DNA from: Callorhinchus milii
Taxonomy: Eukaryota
Assembly: GCF_018977255.1 (NCBI RefSeq)
Contig: NW_024704742.1
Span: 33,730,001 to 33,794,000, forward strand
Length of the DNA stretch: 64,000 nt
Reading direction: 5' to 3'
Below, one piece after another: positions 50,242-62,231 of this stretch. The translations under genes and the position numbers were made by a program. The notes under the pieces are model-generated. The model did no database searches and was not told where the DNA came from. It saw nothing but the letters and a program-made list of their open reading frames with translations. Each line of letters begins with the position of its first letter. Positions within the stretch are counted from its first letter, which is position 1.

Positions 50242-51482
50242 CTGTGGGGAAGAGTTTTTTTGTTTTAAAAAGAAGTGTCGAAAGTGCAGAGGTAGAAAAC
50301 CAAAAGCAATCTAGACATCAGCTCCATCTAATTGAGAACGTTAGACTTGAGCTACTGCACTTGTGATCAATTGCAAGAGATTTATCTGAAAGGTGGGTGC
50401 TTTCCCAATTAACATGATAGCCAAACAATCAGTGATTGAGGAAAAGCTTTTAAGACATCACAGTGGTTAAAAAAAGATTAATGATACAACAAATGGCAAT
50501 GAGAATGGCAACAAACCCAATGTTATCTCCAACACAACAACATGTATTTTAGATCAGGTGATAATTGGACTTCAACCACAGTGAGCTAGTCAACAATCCA
50601 CCAAATAAAATTGATCATTCACTTCATGGCTGTTTGTGGGACATTGCTGTGTGCAAATTGGCCTCTCCGTTCGCGTACAAAATATATAGTCACTTCACTT
50701 TACAATATATCCTGTGAAGCTCTTTGAAACAATGTCTTAACGTGAATGATGCTATATGAAATATAGGAACTATTATGTATTTTTAGAAAAAGTTCAACTT
50801 GAATTCCATAGGTACGGTTGAAAAAGAAAGTTAAAGAGCCTTTGCTTATCCAGATGTTTTTCTTGTAGTTTGACCCAACAACGCTGAGGATCAACTCCAG
50901 GTCAAGTAGGTAGTCCCTCATTTTCAGTGATACACTAGCAGGTAAATCTTCACTTGATGCCTCCTCAGCCAAAGCAGTGAGCTTCAATAAAGGCATCAAA
51001 TAGGCATTTTATATATATATTTTTGTCGGTACAAACCATTTGTTGAAAGATATAATAGCAAAGAGCAAAACACACATTCTAAGCCTGGAAGTTTAACCTT
51101 TTCTTGGCATTTTGTTTTAAAATTTAAGATTATCTAGAATTGAATTCAATTCAGTTTTGATTTGGATGCGGATTTCTCACAATATTTGAAAATAACTGTC
51201 TTAGAAATCACAATGAAAGTGAATTTTTTCCCCAAAATTCTGTGTGCTATAAATTTCAGATCTTCAGGCAAAGAACATCAGACCTCTGATTGTTACAGGG
51301 CAGTTCTAGCTTTATACACTGGAAATTGATGGAGCTTCATGTTGTTTTTAACCAGGATCCAGGATTTCCCAATGTAATGTTGTCCATACTGACCAATATG
51401 TGTTAATACACTGTTTAAAATAACAAGGAGGGAGCCATCCACTCTTCCTGAAGATCTAGATATTCATTTTGGGTTTATTACA

Positions 51483-52878
51483 GAGTGAGTGATAGAGGAG
51501 TGGAGATATGATGACAGTGAACACCATACTACAGCAAACACTGCATCGTTGGGGTTACTTTTAGGTTACAGAAACATCAGTATTAACCTTTACATGGTAA
51601 CTGATGCCATGTAACTGGAATTCCATACAGAAATGATTTGTTAGTAAGCTCTTGTCAGACCCTGTTTCAGTTTGTATAGTGTTTCACTTGTTATCTCTGC
51701 CTTTTTCACTCTCGCAGTTTAACAGCCCGGTCAATGAAATGAAGTGGGAGCACTGTTAAGGCTACATCGGGTTAAGAGTTGAAGTGGCTGTGAAGAAGAA
51801 TGCAGAATTAGGTGTGAAATCAGCAGTGAAAGATTAACATCCTTATTTGATCCAGGCTTGGGAAGAACATGCTTTTTTTTCTAATGCGGTTAAAAAGCAG
51901 CTAAAAGAAAACAAAACATAAATAATATTATAAAAAAACCTTCTAATTTAGTAACCCATGACAAAATTAAACTCCGCCCAGTAAATGCAATAATTCTGCC
52001 TTGAATCGTCTGGAAATGTGTTGTGCCCACTTTGTTCTGTGCACTCCATGCCTCTTCCTTTTAAGTTATTGTGTCAACAGCAACTAGTTCCTCCCCCTTA
52101 GGTCCATGTGAATAACTCAATCTTCAAACTCTTTTCTGTCACAGTCCCCACAAGCAGATATCCTTTAGCTCGATGACTAATTTACTCCAGAATTTGCAAT
52201 CTTTAGTACTTTTTAGTACAAATTTCCCTTTGTACCTTCTCTCATACAAGCAACTTCCATGTCATCTAACCACAGCCTCAAGATTTTTTTATGTACTGTA
52301 AAAACTAAAGATCCCATGGTTGAAAAGAGAAATGGGTTTCTTCTGGTCAATAATTCAGATAAAATTGATCATTCAATGCACTTGAGGGGCATTGCTGTAC
52401 TCAAATTGTCTTTTATGTTTGTCTACAAAATACAGTGACTAGACTTTACAGTAAAAAAGTTCAACTATATAAAGGTATAAGCTTAGAAATGCAACACCCT
52501 TTTATGCTGAATATAAAATTTACAGATATTGATTACTAACTAGTGTTAATATTTATTGTAATAAATCGCTAAATAATCATTCTTAATTGGAATCTTTTTC
52601 CATAATTATTTTTGAATTTTACAACCAGTCTGAGATAGGAGCACATAATATTTGATTTAAAGTCTATCTTTGTGCCCAACCTACCCTTATTACAAATACA
52701 AATTCCCGCTTCTAAAGATGTAGATAAAATAGTATTTGCATTGATCAATATCAAATAAAATATTTAATAGATTTAAATATTTAATATGTTTAAAACCTAA
52801 AAGTAACCCCAACAATGCAGTGTTTGCTGTAGTATGGTGTTCACTGTCATCATATCTCCACTCCTCTATCACTCACTC
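51483..52878. repeat. 85-bp near-perfect inverted repeat pair (51483-51567 and 52794-52878)
   Basis: 84/85 identity by manual reverse-complement comparison. Confidence 0.92.
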
Positions 52879-54829
52879 AAATAAAATATTTGATATTACC
52901 TGCTTTGGAAGAAACTGCATATCCATATTGTCTGTGCTTTCAGACATATTGATATACAGGAGAGAGAAAAATCTCTTCATACCTAAATATCTTCCAATTA
53001 AAGGGGTTTGGCCTCTACTTTCTACCTGACTTCCAGTAATTGCCTTTAAATTGAAGTTTCTTTCAAAGTGCGGGGGAGAGGAATAAATGCTGCATGACCA
53101 GCAGTAATATTTTGGTAAGTGGAAGACAATTGTAGAGATTCCTGTTCTGTGGAGCATGCGAGCTGAAGGGGATTCACCTATTTGACGTTCCTTCAGTGTC
53201 ACTGCTCCATTCTGCTGTCCTGAAAAAGATGATCTAAGTTCAGGAAGGAACTATGCATAACAACATCAACTTACACTTACGTAGCAACTTTGACATAGGA
53301 AAACATATCAAGTGCTTTACAGAGACAAGTGGGAGCCTGAGTAGGGTGGGAGGTAGGGATTTGATGAGAGACTCAGTCAAGGAGTAAGCTTCAGGGGTAT
53401 GGGGAAAGGGCAGATAAATGGATTTTACTTAAAAGGGCAGGGAGATTGAGTCGAATGGCCTTCTTTTGTGCTGTAAATGTCTATAGTTCTAATGTTTTTA
53501 GAAGGGTTTTGAAAACAGAGGTAGAGAGGATGCAAGATGGAGAGATTTTCGAGAGGAAATTTGTCCTTAAAGATGTTGCTCAATAATAATAATCCTTACA
53601 TTTGATATAGCACTTTTCATTACTTCAAGATGTTTCAAATCGATTCACAGATTACACTGTAAAGTGAATTGACTGTATATTTCTGGGCGAAACACAGCAG
53701 CCAATTGCGCACAGCAGTGTCCCACAAACAGTCGTGGATTGAGTGACTAAATTATTATTTTTTTTTTCTTGAGGGATTATTTAAATTATTTAAACAAAAG
53801 TTAAAAATTTCCTGTGTGAAATAAGTTAATAAAAATAATAATAAGCCATGCATTTGCTATAGCACCTTATCACGTAATCAAAACTTCTCAAAGCATTTTC
53901 TAGCATTTTTATTGTGAAGTTGTAGGCAAACACTGAACTCTGCTGCCAATTGCCAAATACAACTTTATGAGCATGAAAGGATTGCTCCAGCCAAGTTCCC
54001 AGCTGTGGATCAACATAAATGCTTTTGTGGAGGTATCGCAGAATAATTAATAATAATCCTTATACTTGATATGGCACCTTTAACATCGGGATGATGTCTC
54101 AAAGTGCTTAACAGGATATACTATAAAGTTCAGTGATTGTGTATTTTGTAAGCAAACATGGCAGCCATGTCCCAAGAACAGCCGTGAAGTGAATGATCAA
54201 TTTTATTTGGATTGGGATTATTGGCCAGGACATCAGGACAAACTCTTCTCTTTCTCAATAGTGCCATGGGATTGTTAGCGTCCACACCAACAGGTATTCA
54301 GGACATTGGTTTAATGTCTTATGTGAAGGACATCTTCAACAATGTATTGCACCCCCAATGCCAAGAAAAGCCACGAGTGTGAATGGATTCAAACGCAAGA
54401 GGGTTTCATCCCCTCTTTCAGTTTTCTTCCATTATTGCACAGTCTAGTATTATCACTTTGTCAACAAAAGAATGAATGTGAGTTGCTCCACCAACAAAGA
54501 GCTTGAAAGCTGAAGGAAAAGTAGCACTCAAAGAGAGTAAAAAAAACAAGTGGCTCATTTATTTGCTTCTAACACTAATTAGACATTTTTCTGTCAACTA
54601 TTCATTGGTGCAGCAAAGATAAACTCCTGAAATCTAAAGTGCTTGCAGACATTTACTTGCATCTGTATCCCTGTAAGGTGTAGAAAAAAAGCACTTGAGC
54701 ACCTCTGTCAAATAGTGAAAAAAATGTAGCACTGTTCTTTGTGCCTTGTGTGATACTTGTGAAGAGAGACATAAATCAATCAGACCTAATTGGAGAATAA
54801 ATCCTGTTTCAAACAGTTAGTGGAGCAAA

Positions 54830-55150
54830 GGGAGTTGTTAGGGGAGGATACTCTTAGGAGATTGTAGAGGCCGTGGAGGCGAGGACAAGGTCTTAATATC
54901 ATTCTGCTGGGGGACAGGGAGCTGGAGGAACCTGTGAGGATGGGAGTTATGGACTCACAGAGCCTGTTGTGGGAGAGGACGTGGGCTGCAGATGTCTGGT
55001 TGGCCTGGAGTTTGTGGAGGTGGAGAGGCTGGTGAGCAGGGCATCGGAAAAGTTTAGTCTGGATGTGACAAAGATGTGAATGAATGTTTCAGCTGCATTC
55101 AGGGTGAGGAAGTAGCGAAGCCAGGAGATGTTGCAGAGACAGAAGAAAGA
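54830..55150 (-). mobile_element. Old L2 LINE fragment
   Basis: Diverged similarity to the reverse complement of 55500-55800. Confidence 0.6.
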
Positions 55151-55384
55151 GAATGTGGTCAGAGATCAGATAAAGGCTTGCAGAAGAGTTAAGGTTTAAA
55201 CAAAACACTGAGGTTCTGCATAGGATTCGTGAGTGGATGGGAGCAACTGGAATGGTCAATAAGATCAGTGGCTAAAGAGGCGCTGATGGGAAAGCGAAAC
55301 AGGATAGCCTCAGAAGCAGTCATTAGCAGCAAAACACAGTCGCTGACAGCACCACCATCCATGGCTGCACACTCCACCTAACTA

Positions 55385-56125
55385 AGCCAGTCTGGAACCT
55401 TGGCATCTTGTTTGACCCTCAACTATTCTTTCTACCTCACATGCATGCCATGACCCGCTCTGCCCTCCCCCACCTCCGCAACATCGCCCGGCTCCACCAC
55501 TGTCTCACACCTCAGGCTGCCGAAACCCTCAAAAAGCATTCATAACATTGAGGCTTCACTTTGCAAATTCCTTGCTTGTTGGCCTCCCCAACTCCTCCCT
55601 CCACAGGCTGCAGATCATCCAGAACTCTGCAGCTCGTGTCCTCTCCCGCACCAAGCTCCATGACCCTATCAACCCCATTCTTGCCCGACTCCACTGGCTT
55701 CCCATCACTCAGAGGATATAGTTCAAGATCCTGGTCCTCACCTTCAAAGCCCTCCATGGTCTTGCTCCCCCATACCTCTGCGACCTCCTAACTCCCTACC
55801 ATTCCGCCCACTCCCTCTGCTCAGCGGGCTCCGGCCTGCTTCATGTCCCTCACCTCGCTCACCCCACCATTAGCAGGTGGGCCTTCTGCCACTCTACCCC
55901 TACTCTCTGAAATTCCAACCTGCAGTCCTTCCGCCTCGCCCCCTCCCTTGCCTCCTTCAAGACCCATCTCAAGACCCTCCTCTTCGACCGTGTTTTCGAT
56001 CACCCGCTTCCCCCCTGCCCTCCACCCTCTCCGATCCGGACCACCAGCTCGGGTCTAAAACACTGTCCAGTGTCTTTGGACGTCCTCCCGCCGTGAAAGC
56101 TGTAATTTTTTTGTTGTTGTTGATT
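55385..56125 (+). mobile_element. L2-clade LINE 3' fragment
   Basis: Encodes ...LQIIQNSAARVLSRTKLHDPINPILARLHWLP... with the same 3' tail as 39362-39992. Confidence 0.88.
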
Positions 56126-56997
56126 TTTTTTATCTCTCCAATATAGAGACAGTGAGGCCAGTCACCATACTGCTGCGACTACTGGTCCAGCTAACAGAGC
56201 ACAGACAATCTACAACTTCTCTGGCTGAATTGCCGAGTACTGCACTGAAGTGGATCGTTTACCCCTAGGTCCTAAAGTGGGAAATTTGACTGCAGGACCA
56301 TCATAGTCAAGTCTGATCCTTTCCTGACAGTCCCATATGTACACTTTCCAGGAAGACTGCCTGGAAAGTGTTCTGGAGCACAAACTGATGCTTTCGCTCT
56401 CTAACTTAGCCTCCTCCAATGCCCTGGTCATCTAACTCTGCACAGGATCAAAGATTATTCTACAAGACCTAGTACCGCAGCAGATTGTGTATTGACTCAC
56501 TGGGCAACAGGTGGAGTCCTTGTATTTACATTTCAACTGTGCATCACAGAGCACCACTTTGTCACTCATGGGTTCTCATCGCAGCTTATAAATGGACCAA
56601 TCAACGACTCATAAAATGCACACACCCAGCAGCTCTCACGTCAGCCCAAGATTATATTATTTTGCTCCAATAGAAACAAATAAAAATAAGAATTACGATT
56701 CTTATTCAGTTGAAACATAACACAAACCATTAACAGGAATCAATTACTAATAGTCTCATGCAGACATTTATTGTATCTCACCGATGAGTAAGGCTAGTTA
56801 GGAAAGCTCAAGAGATTTCAAATCATTCAAACAATCTCACAAGATTGTTATTAGATAAAAGTTATTAAAGTTCTCCCCAATGGGCAACAGAAGTGTCTGA
56901 TGCAGACATAAGGCTATACAACAATAGTCCACAGGATAGAATCCCACTTATTAGTTAGTTAGTTGATCTCAACGGGTAGCAATGGCTGGGGTAGTTA

Positions 56998-57319
56998 CAG
57001 GGTGTCCTTAAAGTCCTTTTACACCCGTTGCAAAACAATGATATGAGACTATGGAGGAGCTGAAACAAGCTGCAAGAGATGCATTTCGCCTCGTCACTCC
57101 ATCTAAGTTAAGGAAGATATTGCACCGAACACAGCGACGGATCATTATCTGCTATGAAAATGATTGGGCTCACATCGATCCTCTGGACTTCTAAATACAG
57201 TTAAACACTTGTACTGAACACAATTAAGCACTTCTAAAAATAATTATCATTCTTCCACGTTTCAGTTGTTGGTCAGTGACACTGTAGAAAAAAAGGAACA
57301 GGACTTTGTGGATACCCTG
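56998..57319 (+). mobile_element. Internally deleted Tc1/mariner element with TA target-site duplication
   Basis: TA-CAGGGTGTCCTTAAAGTCC ... GGACTTTGTGGATACCCTG-TA (16/19 inverted match). Internal transposase C-terminal remnant MEELKQAARDAFRLVTPSKLRKILHRTQRRIIICYENDWAHID. Confidence 0.8.
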
Positions 57320-57994
57320 TACAATTGGATTCAGTGCTAAACTCTGACATTAAGAAATCCAAGACGACAAGCAAATAGAGACTTCGTACAATAACTGGAT
57401 GTATATCGAATCAACTCGTGCAAACTCTTTTTCAATGTAATCCACTTCTGGACTACCTTATTAAGAAATAGGAATAGTAATAGTGGGCTAAGTTTGTGGC
57501 ATTCTAACCCTAACCTTGTGATTAACTAACACAAAGAATGCACTACCCAACACTACAAACTTCATCTTCAGTGTCACCAGCGTAAACTCACTCAGGGTGA
57601 GAACTCCCACACGCTGATGCCACTAACGTTAAATTTCCTCCCCACAGCTCCCTCTAATCTGCAGAGAATTTGTCAAAACAATAGAGAAAATAAACCCTAT
57701 TTTTAAGGTGGATTCCTGATGTGCAGCATTGAAGTGCTACTGTTAGGCCCAAAAGATTTAAATCAGGGATTCCCATAGATTATACCAATATCACAGGAGG
57801 AAACCTTCCCCCTCTTCTCCACAAGCTAAGAGGGGAATGGGAAAACTATCCGCAGCACAGACAAGGAAATCAAGCTTGGGGCCTTCTGGATCTGAATGGC
57901 TCTGGAACTCACTGAAAAACTCAGATAAAAGTGACTGATTGTGGACTGAATGCTTCCACTGCTGTAAATTTGAGTTATCAGGAAAGATGAGTTT

Positions 57995-58185
57995 CCTTCT
58001 AAAAAAGATAATAATTTGGTCACTTCAATCCATGACTGTTTGTGAGACACTGCTGTGCGCAATTGGCTGCCGCGTTTCACCCACAAAATACACAATCACT
58101 CCACTTTACAGTATATCCTGTGAAGCGCTTTGAGACGTCTCGAAGATGTGATAAGGCGCTTTATCAAATGCAAGGATTATTATAT
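57995..58185 (+). mobile_element. SINE 3' half (family A tail)
   Basis: ctgctgtgcgcaattggctgcc...gtgaagcgctttgagac...aaatgcaaggattatta. Similar tails lie at about 47340-47515 (+), 31680-31800 (+), 60745-60935 (+), 53582-53780 (-), 29060-29200 (-), 14030-14200 (-) and 63850-63960 (-). Confidence 0.8.
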
Positions 58186-59860
58186 TATAAACATGAGAAA
58201 AAGGAAGCATCAGGGGAATCATTTGCACAGGGGCTCAGTACTCATCAGACTGTAAAACTTTGCACATTATTGGTAGTTTTGAGTGTGAACTGAAAACTGG
58301 TTGTGGTACAGTGTTGTGTCAATAACAGCAAAAATACTTTTCAAAAAGAATCCTGACATGGTTTTCATGCGATAAACGATTGTTGAAAACCCACAGGGTA
58401 TTTTGCAGACTGCTCTTCATCTTTGTCTGTATACACACTTCAAGGAAGGTCTCTGGAGCCACAGCCAGTGCTCAAAGCTTTCTCAGTCAAACAATTGGAT
58501 ATCCCTAAATCTAAAATAATATTACACGTCAGATGTGCCACTCTTTTCTGCTCCTGTTTGTAGTTTGGAAATTCTTGTTTTTTTTCTTCTCCCTCCCTCT
58601 CTCTCTCGCTCGTTCGCGCTCTCTTTCACACGAGCACAATAGCGCCAGAATATAAATTACCAGCAGCGATTAAATAATAGTTCAAAGCCGATCTTGAGGT
58701 CTGTGGTGTTTACAAAGTATTTTTAGCAGCATGATGAAACATTTGAGAAGAGACATTAACCTATGGGCTCAAGTATCAGTGAATGGCTCGAACTGGCATG
58801 AGGTTGGATTTTGGGCTTGAATAGTGTGTGACCCCATGATTTGCTTTGTCTGGCTGTGGCAGCTGCGGTCATCAACAGATGTTTCGGCAATAAATAATTG
58901 GTATCATCTCAGAAAAGAGCCGTCTACCTGGGGAGAAGGCATAATACAAAAAACACGGGGCCGCTATTACGCCTGCATTAATCTCTCATATACACAGGTT
59001 TCTTGGGGAGTTTACTGCAGGTGTTTCTTCTGTGATAAAGCTTTCTGATGCGGACAAACTCTCTAAAGTTATAAAGCTTTTGTGTGGGATAAAGAAGGTC
59101 AGGCACAGCTATAAATTCCTGTCTTGAAGAAACAAAAACAGCTACGCTACTTATACAGACAACCCACCCCCACCACCTACCTTCCCCCCCCCCCACCCAC
59201 CACCACCCAAAAAAAATGTTTTTCTTACAAACGCGCACAAAAAATAAAAATGTTTCTTGGTCTCACTTAATGCTAACATTCCAAAATGTTCTTAGCATTT
59301 TCTTGCAGATTTTGTTGACTGCATTTTGGACTTAAACAAATATAGAGGAGAGTATATTTATCATTAGTTCTGACTGGGGGAAACAATCGCTTACAATCAA
59401 CAATCGTTGTGTATGTGTGTTTGTTTGTGTATATGGTGGGGGGGCAAGGGGATGAAACCACATTGTTTTACTGCACTTTAACTTAAAGATATAGCAGAAA
59501 TACTAGGCAAACGTATTGATAGTTTCAGCTATATTCCTGAGATAGAACAGGATGCTTTTGCTCTTTATTTACAACGAGAGGGTTTGAAAAAAGAACATTC
59601 CCACTTTTTGCTGGCTCCAATGTGCTTTCAGTCCTGTAAGAAAAGCCACTTTTACTCACCCACTTTGCCTAACACTGTGCACTCGGATTCATTAATTACA
59701 ATGAGAAAAGCACAACTTGCAAAGTGCAACTTGGGCAGAGATGAAAAGAAAATACTTGCGCAAAAAAAAAACTTTTAGCGCCCGAGAAAATATTCTGTTT
59801 TCACTTTTGAACGTTTAAGAAAAGGAAGTGTTTTTTGAGCAACAGGTGCATTATTCATAC

Positions 59861-60015
59861 CAGTAGATCTGGAAGCTTTTCACTGATGATATCTTTCAGG
59901 TTTGTTTTGTCTTCTGGGCCTACGACTTGTTTGTATTGCCACCTCTCCGGCACAAAGGGCCACTTCATTTCCTTTGCCTGTTCCAGCAGGGTCTTCAGAT
60001 CAGCAGAGAGTGAAG
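59861..60015 (-). CDS. ALPK1: ALPK1 coding exon (155 bp), N-terminal ADP-heptose-binding domain
   Basis: Translates [52 protein letters not shown]; boundaries ctag|...|gtatga. Confidence 0.93.
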
Positions 60016-61014
60016 CTAGGAGGGTCAAAGTTCATGTAAGGAAATCTCAGAAAAATAGACACCTCGATTGCGAACACAAAATGTGGCACCTAAGCTGTGA
60101 AAGCACAACCACTTGAGAGTAACTCCAAGCTGCTCAGTCCTTACAAAAGAATCATAATGATGATTTGTCTGGCCGAGTGCTTTACTACAGCATGCCCTCC
60201 AGGTAAACAAACCCAACCAGCTCTTAAAAACGCTTTTTAAGGAAGTAAATCCTTTCAGTGGCACTCTATGCATGAAGAACCAGAGCAGGAATTGAATCAG
60301 ACAAAACGGTTATCAAAGCAGTGAGTAATGTACACGGTGGCAAAGCACCTCAGATTGGTTTTAAACAGATCCATCCTTGTAAGCACTGCATAGCTGACGG
60401 CACAGTTTTAAGTTTAAGAAATAAAAAGAATATTACATGCAAGTATACTCAATTAGAATTTTAAAATACTCCGTATTTCAGCCATATTTCACAAAGTTTG
60501 CTAAATTGGGTCAAAGCAGATCACTCTCTGTGTTTAAGCAATTGCTTTCACCTTGTGCTTTAAACTAATCTACCCATGGAATATTCTTTATAACATTCAC
60601 CTAGCCACTCATTACTGCCTAACTTTCTGCACCAGCTCCTTGTGCTATTGAATAAGGATGAATTAACAAGGCCAACCAAACTCTGGGTAATGTTAAGCTC
60701 TGTTCTTTCTTTTTTTTGTTAATGCTTTGGGTTCAATCCCCCAAGTAAAATTGGTCATTCACTTTGTGGCTGTGTGCAGGAGACTGCTGCCTGCAAATTG
60801 TCTGCCTAAAATACAGTCATAGTTTCACCCACAAAATACACAGCCAATTCACTTTACAGTACATTCTGTGAAGCGCTTTGAAACGTCTCAACCACATGAT
60901 AAAGTGCTATGTCTAATACAAGCATTATTATTATAAATCCTGAGAAGCATTTTGTGAACCTGCACCACTAAATTAAGACAGGCTCTGAATGTTTGATTTT
61001 CATAGGTAAAAAAG

Positions 61015-61495
61015 TAGCCTCAGATGGTCGAGTGGGCAAAGGCACTGTCCGGTGCTGGGTTAACTGAGCTCTGTCAATACAGAAGTTGGGATACTACAGT
61101 TGGTCTCAATGTAATGTCTCACCCAAAGAACAGCACCTCCACAAATTAACAGAATGCCCTGCACGAGGAAGAAGAAAATGAGCCAGAGTTCCCTTCTATA
61201 CCAGTAAAGACACCTGCTGGAGGAGCATGTGTGTGGTTGTTGGATGAGTGAGTGGTAGGATCAAGCTCGATTGAGAAAACCTGAGACTGAACAGCCTGCC
61301 AAAACTCATCGGCAAGGCTAACACGTGAGCAATGACCACTTGTTCGAGGTACTATAGGGTGGTCAGTGTCTATAGAAATACACCTCCAGGGAAAGAAAAA
61401 AAAATGAACTATTCAGAAGTCAGGAGGAAATTGAAGGAGAAATATTGGTGACTTTGGGAAAAAAAATTGGCAAGCTGTTTAAAATATTTTTCGCT
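61015..61495 (+). mobile_element. Old long SINE-like repeat (family C), unclassified
   Basis: tRNA-like start (gatggtcgagtggg). Internal segments recur at about 30215-30585, 44015-44195, 56945-57340 and 62800-63040, all on +. Confidence 0.55.
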
Positions 61496-61907
61496 TAATT
61501 AATGTGCAGTTCTGGATCAGTTAAATTACATTTATTTTACAGGTTTTCCTCTCAGTGAACATTTTTGTATTGGTGTCCTTAACCTTGAAACATGTCAGGT
61601 GAATGTGGCCCTAACAAGCAGCAAATACTGTTCATTTATCATTCGCTTGTGCGTCAGTCTGGCTCAGTTGGTAGCGCTCTCACTCTGAGTCAGAAGATTG
61701 TGGGTTCAAAACCTACGTGGGGATTTGAAACTATTATAGCTTAAAGTGATGTTCCAATGCAGTGCTGGGGGTGTGTTTGCCCACAAAATACAGTCACTGC
61801 AGTTTACAGTATATCTTATGAAGCACTCTGGGATCTCCTCCTGACATGAAAGGCTCTGAACCAAATGTGAGTACTATTATCAAAACATGCCAACTGCTCC
61901 TTAAAGT

Positions 61908-62231
61908 GGAGTCCTGTAGCTCAGTGGTTAGAGCACTCGCTTTGCAAGCGAGAGACCCGAGTTCAATTCCAGGCAGAGGGCGAGACCTTGGGCAAGTTTC
62001 CTTACTCCACACAGAGCCTAATAATAATCCCTCCAAAACCAAAAACAATAATAAATTGGTCACTTTCAATCTACGACAGTTTGTGGGACATTGCTGTGCG
62101 CAATTGGCTGCCGCGTTCGCCCACAAATATACAGTCAATTCACTTTACAGTGTGTTCTGTGAAGCGCTTTGGGACGTCCAACCGAAGTGAAAAGTGCTAT
62201 ATCAAATGCAAGGATTATTATTATTATTATT
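61908..62231 (+). mobile_element. tRNA-derived SINE (family A) with an internal deletion
   Basis: Same head and tail as 25580-25935 but lacks part of the central region. Confidence 0.88.
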
